DNA of 64,000 nucleotides, taken from contig MU004181.1 of the NCBI GenBank assembly GCA_010093605.1, positions 3,534,001-3,598,000 on the forward strand. Reading direction: 5' to 3'. Made by a program: the position numbers and the translations under genes. The notes below the pieces were generated by a model that searched no databases, had not been told where the DNA came from, and saw nothing but the letters and a program-made list of their open reading frames with translations. The DNA comes from Lophium mytilinum. Its lineage: Eukaryota. Below are positions 49,926 to 61,743 of this stretch, piece after piece; position 1 is the stretch's first letter; each line of letters starts with the position of its first letter.

Positions 49926-50577
49926 CTCGATTTCACTTCTACGATATTGGCGTCGCTCGGTGGAGTTGTTGGTGGAGGTGAGGAAGTGGAGAAAGCTTGA
50001 AGGGAGTAAGCTAAAGCAAGTGCAACGATAAGAGCCAGCGAAGGACCTCCTGCCAAGATGAAGTGGTGTCGAAAATGAGTCACAAACAGACTGGTAAAAC
50101 ACGGCTGTGCGCGGGAAAACGTGGCTGGTGAATAAGTGAAGGTAACGCGCGAGTAAATAAGGCACCTTCCATCACGGGGAATCTGGACTGGATTTGAGAG
50201 AGTCGAGAACATGATTCGGAGGTGGCGTTGAATATTGATAATCAACTACTTGACCACAATCTTGACATACGAAATCTGGCGATGCTTTTGGACACAGCAA
50301 TTTTACTCAAGTAACACTACTTCCTTACAGCTAGTCCCCGGAACATATTCTGGCTGGGTGCTGTGCGCAAGTATACGCTGCCTTGAACTGCTAGTGCATT
50401 ATGATCAACTTTTCCGAAAACGATTGGCCTATACTTGAAGCTCATACTAAGTAAAGCATTTTCGAAGATTTGACGAGATCGCTCATAGTCCCTGGATAGC
50501 ACTCACCACCCTCCCGAATCGTCCGGAAAGCTCACACCGCCAGCCAAAGTTCAATCGAGATCGTAAGCGGCAGTGTA

Positions 50578-52061
50578 TCAGTCGGCTCTGACGAGATCCC
50601 AGTCACCTAGTAAACCTTCCTCGTCGGCATAAGGCTCCCAGCCATGGATACTCAAAGCACTATCCTACAATCAGTTAGCGTGGTACCTAGGCCAACGATG
50701 AAAGTTGAGGTCCTACTTACCACACTACCGCTATGGCTACCTTCGTCGCTGTCGTACCATAGACTTTCGCCAGTGTCAGGGTCATGGTACGCATTGTCGT
50801 CCTCTAATGCATCTCCCGGCAAGTCATCTACAGTGCCAGTAACCCTGAAATCGAAGCCGATTTGATGGCTATCAGTGCTTAAAACGACCGAGCCGGTACT
50901 GACGTTGGCTGAATCGTTCGCATTCGCACTTTGCAGGATTTCAGTATGCACCGGGTCGTTGGCCTTTGCCTCCGGCTTCCTTCGTTGCCACCACATATGT
51001 TGCTTTGGCGTAATCTGATTCTGAATGAAGGAATGCCCTTCCTTATCTTCGAAGGAACTTATCCTCCAATCTTTAGACATCTTGAAACGATTGCGACCTT
51101 CCATGTGCCTATTATAAACACTAATTCCTTTATTTCCCCACTTATGCGCATCTGGTAGGACCAACCCCCTGAGCATCTTCATGAAAGCTACAGCTTTTAC
51201 GTTAGGATGTAGTTGATCTCCTCCTATGTGAAAGTCCAGTTCGAGGGTTGAAGGTCCGCCGGAGGAAATGGCACCGAAGATCTCTTGTATCCAGACTCTC
51301 ATCGAGCATAATTCAACCCCTACGGAATCGAGACCATCCGCCTGCGCCCATGGCCAGACACCTGGATTCAGCGGATTCTTGTCGACATCGGGTGGCAATA
51401 TGATCCCTGATAGAAACAAACGATGAAGTTGAAGGTTGACGCGAAGATATTGGCATGGTGCTGTCCGCTCCAGATCATTGATTGGAGGTAACAACCCAGA
51501 AAATCCGATCTCATAGATATCGACATCAATCCATAGCTGACGAATCTTCCTCAGAGACTGCACAGATCGATCTCGTAGGAATTGAACGGCAGTCCAGCCG
51601 GGGATCTCGAGAAATTTCCCGGGAGGTCCAGACTGGTGAAAGTCGAAGATATTCCGCGAGTAGAAGACAGTCTGGGCGTGTTCAAAAACCTCTTTGCTCA
51701 CATAGAACAACTGCAGTTGTATTCTGAAGATACAACAAGAAGAGCACAACTCTGGTGCCAACGGTTTGCATCGTTTGCACGGATACGGCGCTGATTCGTA
51801 GCCTCGGAACTCTCGCTTTCGGCAAGAGACGGTGGCTTTGGAGACGTTTGACTGCTCTGATCCTGCTGATGATGAAGGGTCCGAGAGAGGTAGGATTGAA
51901 AGCGGTTCGCTTGGATTTGTATTGATTTGTTGAGCCTGAAATGATATTTCAAAGGGAGCGACGAGGCATAGTTCGAGCACCATGTCGCGGAGCTCAGTTG
52001 GAAGATCGAGAAACCGAAAAGGCTGATGACATAGCGTAGGTGTAGACTCCGTCACATCCAT
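50578..52061 (-). CDS. Hypothetical protein with F-box-like motif (paralogue 3 of 4)
   Basis: PFRFLDLPTELRDMVL...LFYVSKEVFEHAQTVFYSRNIFDF...VQFLRD...KIRQL. A probable phase-0 intron 50720-50665 (GTAAGT...CTAAC...TAG) adds DSALSIHGWE..., resembling the paralogue-2 tail DSRASINEWK. Confidence 0.78.
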
Positions 52062-52398
52062 TATGGCTAATTTGCGTCAGCATTGGCTCGACACATGAGG
52101 TAGAAATAAGGAGGCGGGCAAAGTAAGGATAACTCACCAACGGAGATGGAACATTTCAAACGAAATCATCAGTATACCGCATTCGGCTTGAGTTGAATGA
52201 AATGGTTCATAGAGGTTGAGACGGAAAGCTTGAAGGCCTGACGTTGACATTAGCTCCGCTACCTTATTATATGGTTTTGGCGCCTGCCAAGGCATCAGAA
52301 CTGGAAGCCGAACATCGCACTCAACCTCATCTAAAAGCACATTCACATCCTTCTCCACCGCGATAGCACAGTCTCTGCATACCGACATGCATTACACG

Positions 52399-53901
52399 AT
52401 GTCTGCCACGTTCCGCCTCCTCGACCTCCCGCGCGAACTGCGCGACCGCGTGTATTACTTCGCCCTCGTACAAGACAAAGTGACCATCGAGCCACTCGAA
52501 GTGAGGAGCCGCAGAGATGTAGCGAGCTTCTCCCCATCCGAACAGCCGCGGTACAGCTTCAATGAACGCCTTGCCTTTATGGCCCCTCTTCCCCTTTCTG
52601 CCCCTGTGGCGCCTCTCGCCTTTGTGAACCCTCTCGCCTTTGTCACGCCTCCGCAGCCCCATCCGCATCTTCCGTTGCCTCAAGGCCTTGGTCTACCCGG
52701 CAGCAGATTGCGTAGCATTAGACACACGGAGGAACGAGCAGAAGCTCCCTCAACAGACAAAGACCGCAATGGCACTAAGTGGGACGAATGGCACCTCGGA
52801 AAACACAAGATCTTCACCTACAGCTACAAGCACGGCCTTCGAGAGGGACACAACGGACAGCTTGAGCAGAGCCCCGCGCCGAGCGTGAACATTCTCCTAG
52901 CATCTCGTCAGCTATATGAAGAGGCAGCAGAGGTGTTGTATGCCAAGAACATCTTCTCCTTCACCCAGCCATACCCTGAGGGATGCTCCTCCAAAGTCGC
53001 GGCGTCCTGGCTGGCAGATAGACCGACCACCGCACTTGTCCGCCTGCGAGCCGTGGAACTATCCGTGACGAGATACAATCGGTTGAGCCCCAGCCTACCC
53101 AATGATGAGTGGTTCAAGCTTTGCCGTACACTGGGAAGCGAGCTCAAGCTACGACATCTCGGTCTCAACTTGGTGGGTACGCCTGCATTCTCTTCTCCAG
53201 AGCAGATGCGCACTTTCCGCCCAAAGGCCCCCGGTCATTTAGCGGACGACTGGGTCCCCATACTCCTCGATCGTGTACGAGGCCTCGAGAGCTTGACGAT
53301 CCAACTCTGGGTGAGTCATCTCGCTGCAACTAGCAAGATAGTGGAGTTCTTGGGCGAATTGAGAGCCGGCTTGCTGAAGGGTGGCGCAAAGCTAAGCAGC
53401 AAGGGAATTGTCATCGGAAAAGGCTGTGAAGGGTGGCAGCTGGCTGGTTGTACCGAGTCTGCTGATGGACATTCGGTATTTGGGACGAGGGAGGCGGAGA
53501 CGAAACTGGTGGCTCATGCTGGGTCGTCTAACGAACAGCCAGAGGATATGGACGAAGATGCAGACGCGGCTAGCAATGCGGCTACCGATGGGCATTCGGT
53601 ATTCGAGTCGATGGAGGTCGAGACGAACCTGGTAGCTCATGCTGGGTCCTCGAACGAGCAGTCAGAGGATATGGACGAAGATGACGACGCGGCTAGCAAT
53701 GCGGCTACCGCTGGGGGGTCTGAGGATTTGCGGGAGCCACATGTGAAGATCACACACGACGCTTTCGGCGTCGCAGTCGACATGGAATGCATCTATGGCT
53801 TGAGCAAGGACGACGCTCCCTATATGGAAAACAACTATATCGAAAGAGATGACCTAGAAGAAATCATGCAATACGTCAACGATATGGTTGGCGCGACTTA
53901 G
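52399..53901 (+). CDS. Hypothetical protein with F-box-like motif (paralogue 4 of 4)
   Basis: FRLLDLPRELRDRVY...ILLASRQLYEEAAEVLYAKNIFSF...RLRAVEL...LKLRHLGL. Alternative ATG at 52387. Confidence 0.78.
   Translation: MSATFRLLDLPRELRDRVYYFALVQDKVTIEPLEVRSRRDVASFSPSEQPRYSFNERLAFMAPLPLSAPVAPLAFVNPLAFVTPPQPHPHLPLPQGLGLPGSRLRSIRHTEERAEAPSTDKDRNGTKWDEWHLGKHKIFTYSYKHGLREGHNGQLEQSPAPSVNILLASRQLYEEAAEVLYAKNIFSFTQPYPEGCSSKVAASWLADRPTTALVRLRAVELSVTRYNRLSPSLPNDEWFKLCRTLGSELKLRHLGLNLVGTPAFSSPEQMRTFRPKAPGHLADDWVPILLDRVRGLESLTIQLWVSHLAATSKIVEFLGELRAGLLKGGAKLSSKGIVIGKGCEGWQLAGCTESADGHSVFGTREAETKLVAHAGSSNEQPEDMDEDADAASNAATDGHSVFESMEVETNLVAHAGSSNEQSEDMDEDDDAASNAATAGGSEDLREPHVKITHDAFGVAVDMECIYGLSKDDAPYMENNYIERDDLEEIMQYVNDMVGAT
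53464..53709 (+). repeat. 123-bp (41-aa) in-frame tandem duplication
   Basis: DGHSVFGTREAETKLVAHAGSSNEQPEDMDEDADAASNAAT / DGHSVFESMEVETNLVAHAGSSNEQSEDMDEDDDAASNAAT; copies start at 53464 and 53587. Confidence 0.92.
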
Positions 53902-54586
53902 CTGCTCATCTTTCCATTTTCTCGCCACTGATAGCTAGCTATCAGTGTTTGTGCGAGAGGGCGACGGCAACGCTCAAGCAGAACCCTGGGAAGAAGCAAG
54001 CGGCGATCAAAACTCTATGGTCCTGCAAAGCGTGTACGATAGGTTGGAACGATTTTGCGATAGTTCTGTCGGTAGTCGGACATGAATGGGATCGGTGCAC
54101 TGTCTTCCAATAATTAACAATAAAACCAATTTGATCCAAAATAGTAAAGTGTTGCACTCACCATGTCTGCTTCCGCACGCCTTCCATAAAGCATCACAGT
54201 CAAGGAAAAGACACTCATGAACATCGACCTTTCAATACCATTACCACCGTCCCTCCCTACTGCATCCAAATACCCCAAGGCTATATACAGCGTCCTCCCT
54301 TTTAGCCCTCATCATCCGCTCCGGCACACGCGCCCATTACTCCTTCCGCCTTGAGCTTTTCCCTGTCACCACCACCCACCGTTTTGACAACTAAAATCTG
54401 CAAGCCTCGCTCTCTGGTATAGAATAAATGCTTGCCAAGGATATCGGCAGGAGAAAAAGTGCGGGATGCATAGAGATATGCACATCACTCCCGCTATGCA
54501 GCTCGTTCATTAAGTAAGTGTCGGTCGATCCATCATGGATCGAAAAAAAGAATTTGCGTAGGAATCTTGCGCCACGCTGAGGCACT

Positions 54587-56431
54587 TTACGGCTTGTCCT
54601 TGATAGTGAGACGGCAGTGGTCCTGCGATGTACGTTAGCTGCAGGCTCATCGAAATGCGAGAGTGGCGCTGCATACCACGGGGAAGAGAGTAGCGAACAC
54701 TTCAATGTCCTCGCTCGTTGGGGTGATTTCGTGTTCCCAGTCTAGCATCATACACGCTTTCCCGATCATTAGGATGAGATTGAGCTGCGCAAAGGTCTGG
54801 CCCAGGCAGTAATGCGGGCCAGTGCCGAAGACCAGCCAGTTCTTAACCTGTTGCTCGGCGGTGCCAGTGATCCACCTTTCAGGGATGAAGCTTTCGGGGT
54901 CGGGGTACGCTTCGGGGTCGTGAAGGGCGGGGTAAGTGGTTGGGATGAGCATGGAGCCTGAAAAATAGTTAGTTTCGTAAGCCTTTTTAAACTGCGGAGC
55001 CAAATGAAAGAAGCCTCACCTTTTGGCACTGTGTATTCCGGGGTGATGGGGAAGTCTTTCTTGGTAAGGTATGGGACCATGATCACGGGTGGGCGATATC
55101 TCAGAGTCTCCTTGACAACAGCACGTGTGTAGTTCATGCTCTCCAGCAGCTCAATTGAGACCGGCAAGTTCCTGTCACCTCCTCTCACGCGCAAGTTCTC
55201 CTCTCGCACTTTATCACGGATATCAGGTCGATCTGCCAAAATTTGGAACAACCATGTGGTGGCGGAAGAAGTAGCATCTTGACTCGCGAAAAGGAACGTC
55301 AACAACGTCATGGCGATCTCGAAATCGGTGAACTCGCGAATCAGCATGGAAGGCTTCTCTGAATCATCAACCTTCTCGCCCGCAGCCACCCTCTGGCGAT
55401 ATTTCTCGGACTGAATCATGGATGAAACCCAACCGTCAAGAATGCAGTTTGTCTCGCCGCCTGCGGCCATTTTGGCCTTGCTTTTCGCGGCGCATTTGCT
55501 GAATTCCTCGAGTACCATATCTGCGGCCTTCTTGCCATACCAGGTCTTGGTGAAGGGCAAGATGATGGGGAAGTTGACGAGCTCCAGGGCGGCGGTGATG
55601 AGCCAGTAATCATCGGCAATCTTTTTCATGGCAGCATCGGAAATGTAGTGTCCAACAAAAGTTCTGCAGCTGACCGCGGTCATGAGTTCGCGGAACTCTT
55701 GCATGAATTTTGTGGGCTTTCCTCCGTGTTCCACCTGAGAGTACTCGACAAATTTCCTGAAGTACGTGTTGTAAACATCCTCCTGGCCAGGCAGGTAGGT
55801 CTCGAGGGCCTGGCGGGTAAACAGGCCATTGAGGCCTTTGCGGTAGTCGACGTGGGCCTTGCCGTCGAGGAAGACCCAGTTCTGGGGGCGGAGGAGCTTG
55901 TACGCGGCGTCAACCACGCAGGGCTTTACGAAAGTGGGAGAGTTGAAGACTTTGCGGGCCATATCACGGGTAGAGGCAATCACAACGAATCTGAGTGGCC
56001 CTTAGTCAGATATGCGCCTCAACAAGGGAATAGGAGCGGCTTGGTGAAGTAAACATACTTGTGGAACACGGAGACACAGCTCAAATCCCCAGACATCCAT
56101 TTCTCATGGTACTTTGTGAACTGGGGGTTTACGGATTCCAAGAAAGGCCCAATAAAGGGCACCTTGAGCGCCGGGCCAGCGATTGAACCCTTGTTCGAGA
56201 TATACTTGACTGTTGAGCTGTTAGCATGCTCCCGGAAGCGCGGATCCCTACGGAAGCACTCAAGCACTCACGCTGATCGTAGACAACAAGCGCCAGGAAC
56301 AGCGTCGCGGCGATAGTCCAGGCGTTTGTGCCGTTCACAATGGTGTTGAGAATGCCATTGACATTCTGCTGGGCAATGGCGGCGAACTTGGCGTCGGCCG
56401 TGGGCGAGGCGAAGGTCGTGTTTAACGCCAT
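54587..56431 (-). CDS. ERG5: C-22 sterol desaturase, cytochrome P450 CYP61
   Basis: Five exons. [20 protein letters not shown] (CYP61 I-helix), [10 protein letters not shown] (ExxR), PERW and heme motif [10 protein letters not shown]. Confidence 0.96.
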
Positions 56432-57990
56432 GTCGAGGCGCGGAGAGAGAATTCGCCGCAGAGGTGCGGAGAAACTGTAGAGGATGCGAGAGAGATGGTG
56501 GAGAGGACGAGGACCGGACTCGAAGGGAGGCAATTGACAATTCGCGGACGGACCAAGCGCAGCGTGACAAAGATTGCACTCAGGCAGCGCGCGATGCAAT
56601 GGATGGTGTGGTCGCCCATCTTCTTCACCGCCCGCGTACAGAGCGACCGCTAATTGGACACGATACTAGCTAGGGCGGAAGCCGCCATTGCCGTGCTGCC
56701 CCTGATTTTGGATCCTCAACACAATTGCGCGAGATTACCGTCGTCAGCACCCAATCTCCATCACCTCCAACCTTCTTCTCGCCGTCCGCACCAGGATACC
56801 GCTCCCTAAACCGACACCGCTAGCCGCAGCTGTGTGTCTATTTCTCCACCCGCCTAACTGCAATCCGTGCCTATCTCCGTTTTCCTTAGCTTGTTGCCCT
56901 GCATGAGCCTATTTCGACATCGCCCTCTGCTGATACTCCTGGTGGAAGAGGCGTGACATTTGAATAGTCCCACAGAAAGCTGCATATTTCACGCACATAA
57001 GGCCTACTTTCATTCTTTCCTATGCACTGCCTCATTGTGACCTCGTAAGCATCGTTCCAGAGCTTGCCACCTGATCCTTTGATTCGTTCTGCCGTTCTCT
57101 CCATCAATGCTCGCGTCATAGATAGCTATCAAAGAAGAAAACTCTGCTCGCGGCTTCAGATAAGGGATGTGGCGTGTGCAAAGAAACATTTCCCCCTTGT
57201 GGTTTCCTCAGTGTGGTAAACTATCATACTTAACCAGGTCACGTGCCTCTCGCACTCCAGCCTGAATTCTCGAATGCTATAATTGCTGAGACTTGCTCTG
57301 TCGGTCAGGGTGTTCCTGATGTCATACAAAACTGACCCGCAGAGGTCCAGTATGGGATGATACTTGATTATGCTGTAACAACCTGTTGTGGAAACTTCAA
57401 AAGACTATGCACAAGAGCAACTCGATCTCAGATTGGCTTAAGCGACTTGACTTCATGAGATAAAGCACGAAGGCGTGCCAACTCGGTGACATGAGTTCAA
57501 TTCTATCTGTATATCAAAGGCTTCGTTCCCAATCTCTCTCATAAAAGATCAGATGCTATCTATCATGTTAACATTCATACATCACCGCCTCAGGTGGGTA
57601 AATGCATCTCAAACTCTCGAAAGGTCTGCCGGTGTGTTATAAGATGCTCAGCACATGTGCCTTTTATAGCGTCATAGCGAGAATCGCAGGTTGTTTTAGA
57701 TGTTTAAGGTATGTCTCATCTTGTCCTCTTGCATGGACTGGTGAGTGTACGCCGTGCTGGTACTATCCACCGTGCTGCCAATTCGCACACATCTCTGGCG
57801 ATGCCAATGGACCGTCTCGTAAGCTTAAATTGGTGAAGTGTTCTTAATTGCGTCTTTCACCTAGATACGAAGATGGTCGGCGCAGCCTCGCTTGACCAAT
57901 GGGCTTCACTCTTTCACTTCACCTCACTCTCGTTTCCTTCTTCAACAGCTTATCTCTGCTCTTCCACCGTCAGTCTCATCTTCTTCCACC

Positions 57991-59378
57991 ATGGCGGAGC
58001 CTCCAGACCCGACCCCCAGTGACGGCACTGGTTCACCCTTTGCCACCATGGCGAAACCCGAAGATCCGTCTTCCATCACCACCACTACCGCGTCGCCAAC
58101 TCGCGAGCCCCAAAATTGCGGACATTGCAGGAAGGAAGCCACTCTGAGGTGCGGTCGCTGCGCCAGCGTTGTCTACTGCAATGCGGATTGTCAAAAGGCC
58201 AACTGGATGACTCACAAGAAGACCTGCGGGACTGGAAAGATCCTTCAGCATGCGGCAGAAATCTACAAAATGGCTTGGCTCGCCTACCGCGAGCAGACCC
58301 TCGACATTGATATTGTCAAGGTGGAAGAGCGAGGCAACCAGCTCCTTCTTCATCTCAGACATGCAGGCTGGAAACACAGCATTGGAGGTTTCTTCTTCAA
58401 GTTCCCAACCACCCAAATCCACAGCGACGAGGACAAAGAAGCTCTCCTGACATCCATGATGTGCGAAGATGCCTTGGCCCACCTTCACGAGTTCTTCGCC
58501 AGAATGGTCCAAGGTGAGTCTTTGAATGAACAGATGAGCCTTTCAGGATTTTCGAGCACCTATTAATCTCTTATGTAGGTTCGTACGAGAATATCGAGGA
58601 AGTCGCTGTTAGGCTGAAGCCGCCGAGACGCACCACTGCGCACTGCCTCCCCGACGGCAAAATTGATCGTCAAACCTACCAGCACCTCTTGCTAAGGGTC
58701 ACATCGAGAGATGGGTTCAAAATTGCTATTGACCCTACAGGCGCACAGAATGCTCAGATGAAAGCATGGTTGCCGTGGCGTGAGTACGAAAATCTCTACG
58801 TCGAGCGTGTCTTGAACATTCTCCCATTCGGCACCTATAGGGACATCAGCATCAACGAGGCAGCCAAGGGCAAAGGAGCACCGGGATTCATTGCTCGTAT
58901 AAATTGGGAAGCAATTACGAAGGCCTTCAATGAAGGCATCAAGACCTGGGAGACTGCTTCCCAGCTGACACCTTCAAGACTTGTTCGCAAGTGGGACGAA
59001 TCGTCCTACTCGGAAGTCGTGAAAATGCAACTGAGCATTACCCAGGCCCTGAAAGCGCACATTGCGACCAAAAACTACGAAAAGGGTTTCCAAGCTGCCT
59101 TGGATTGGGATGTTGCAAATCAAGGGTATCATGTGTTCAAGGCTCGGCAAAAAGATATACTGGACAAGGCATCTCTTTTGCCGAAGCCTCAGCCGCTTGA
59201 GGTACAACATACGGTGCACGACAGTGGCGTACATAAACTGAAGTTTCCGGGATTCACGCTGCTAGACATGAGCGGAGGAGCCACTGAAATGCTCAGCGGA
59301 CACATGAGGCCTGGTATGACTTCGAAGGAAGTGTTGGATCTCCTTATGAGGAACGGCGGACTAGGCGTCACGAAGTGA
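57991..59378 (+). CDS. MYND-type zinc finger protein
   Basis: CGHC...CGRC...YCNADCQKANWMTHKKTC. Intron 58514-58578 joins to a C-terminal region containing IAIDPTGAQ. Confidence 0.85.
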
Positions 59379-59503
59379 TGATCATATGGACACCAGAGCA
59401 GATGCAAGCTCCTGGTAGGGACCAAGATCTATGAAGTAGATGAGATCAGGGGCCTGGAATATCTATTTAGGTGTTACTATCCCTGATAGAAATCCATTCT
59501 ACC

Positions 59504-60701
59504 TCACAACTTACTAGAGTTTCCGCTGCTAGGAAGCTCTATGACCAGCTTCCCGAATTGACTTGCTTTCTTCATATCTTCAAAAAGTCCATCAATTTCG
59601 GCGACATCCAGTCCCTTAACGACTCTCGATACTACAGGCTTCAGGTTCTTCTTGTTCACAAAGTCCACCATATCTGCAAATTCCTTTCTTGACCCCATAG
59701 TCGAACCGCGGACTTCGATATTCTTCAACACAGCGCTCATGAGCCAAGGCATCTTCGGGCTCGTCGTCATTCCGTAGATAGATATGATACCACCAGCCTA
59801 TACAGTTGTTAGCAACTTATACAACATCAGCTGCATGTCCAAACATACCTTTAGGAGCTTCACTCCTTTCGAAACGATATCCCCACCCGCGCCATCAACA
59901 ATGGCATCGAGATATTTCCGGTCCTGCGGTAATAACTCCACCAACTTCTTCTCCCACCCTTCTTCCTTGTAGTTCACACCACCTGCGGCACCTAGCTCCT
60001 TCGCCTTCGCAAGCTTCTCCTCACTCCCAGACGACACATACATATTACAGCCCAGCGCCACGCCGTACAACAGCACCATCAACGCCACACCCCCTCCAAT
60101 CCCAGTAATCAAGATATTCCTCCCAGGCTTCGCATTCCCCGACTTCGTAAAAAAGGCCCTCCACGCCGTCAATCCCGTCAACGGCAGTGCCGCCGCCTCT
60201 GCATCGCTCAAATGTGTCGGCGCCTCCTCCAACTCCCCGGCCTCCATCAGCACCACTTCCGCCAATGTACCGGCTGGGTTGAACTTAGTCCCGCCCATGA
60301 TGAGGTAGCCCTTGGGGCCTTCAGGCCCATCGGGATCCGAAGTCCATCCCAGGCCTGGGTTGAGGATGACGCGCTTGTTGAGCCATTTCTTTGCGGAAGG
60401 GGAGGAGCCGGTTGAGGTAACTATGCCGGCGCCATCGGCGAGGAGGGGAACGCCGAAGGTGGTGCCGGGGTAGAGATGTTGGCGGATGAAGAGGTCGCGG
60501 TGGTTTAGGGCAGCGGCTGTTAGGGAGACGACGACCTGGAGGGGCGGTCAGTGGTTGAAGGAAAGAAAATGAAGCTTGCTGGTATAGAATACTAACTTGG
60601 GTTTCTGATGGTTGAGGAGACGGAATAGTTATTTTCTCCAAGGGGTAGTATACTTGCCCTGGCTTTCCAGGTACTTGCTTGATTGCGATTGCGGATGGCA
60701 T
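59504..60701 (-). CDS. Medium-chain dehydrogenase/reductase (quinone oxidoreductase-like) ending in PTS1 (SKL)
   Basis: Exons 60701-60597, 60535-59849, 59797-59504. AAALNHRDLF, AAALPLTGLTAWRA, ILITGIGGGVA, GSTMGS, QFGKLVI...SSKL*. Confidence 0.9.
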
Positions 60702-61001
60702 ATTTGCGATTACGGGACAATAAGGAGATATCAAACAGCTTTCTCAGAGGTTTCGTGGGGAGAGCTTGGTGGTATGCACAGACTCCTTTCATGAAGGATA
60801 GAATATAGGTACAGTACAGACAAAGACGTCAATTGGTTTCGCAGCTAGTGACACAATAGGCGACCACTGATTATATAGATAGGCGAAGGGCGGTCTGCGG
60901 GAAATAGAGATGGCTTTCATGGTGTTTGCTGGATGACGAAGGCCGACTCGCAATTTCGCGGGGTCAAGTTACCGAGGTCGGATGTAGCTCGGGTTTAACG
61001 A

Positions 61002-61048
61002 CCCTTTCTTCACCCCTTTCTTCACTCCTTTCTTCACTCCTTTCCCAC
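61002..61048 (+). repeat. 12-bp pyrimidine-rich tandem repeat (~4 copies), intergenic
   Basis: ccctttcttcac ccctttcttcac tcctttcttcac tcctttcccac. Confidence 0.75.
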
Positions 61049-61743
61049 CTCCATGTCACTTAACGCAGCTTTGCAGTTCTTTCTCGCGCAATGACTGGCT
61101 CCAAGATGAACAGATTGATAGACCAGCCCAAATCTCACGGCCAGAGAAACCCCCCCAAGCATTCTACCTACCACATTAAGATATTTCTACCGAGGACTAA
61201 TTCGCGTTCTCAAGCCATGAGCGACTACTGCGATTAGTAATCTGAAAATAGGATAGAGCATTCGGGATCAGAGCCTCTCCGAATTCCATTTCGAGGAAAT
61301 CGGGCGCATAAACTTCCCGAACTCCCCACGAACGACGAAGACTGCGTGGTCTCCAACTGGCCATTAGTACTGGAATGCAAGTGAAGAGATTGTTCTCTTG
61401 GCATACATCTAGAATGCACCTAGATATCTGGGTGGTCATTGTGAGGAATCTAACTTCCTCAAACATTCCGATGTAACACTCCCTTATTGACTATATGCAC
61501 GGAGAGTCTCCAGACTGGTGGGAGTATTTTGACCAATTGCTTCGCGCCTACAGATTGTTGTTTTGGTCTGATAGGAACGCGAAAGTAAAATTCCATTATA
61601 AATCCTGTATACAGATGTCACTCTTCTAAGTTGGGGCTCTTTCGTCTTTCCTCACGCTCGTTTTCCCTCGCAGTTTCTTACTTCATCCCACACTCGTTTG
61701 CCGCGGTTGTCGCTCTTTCGATCCCTTTTCGCTGCCCTTTATC

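Noticed and set aside
56432..56900. Sterol-regulatory elements upstream of ERG5
   Set aside because: A CCAAT and a TCGT-containing word occur near 56655-56665, but neither is a full consensus match, and such short words are expected by chance.
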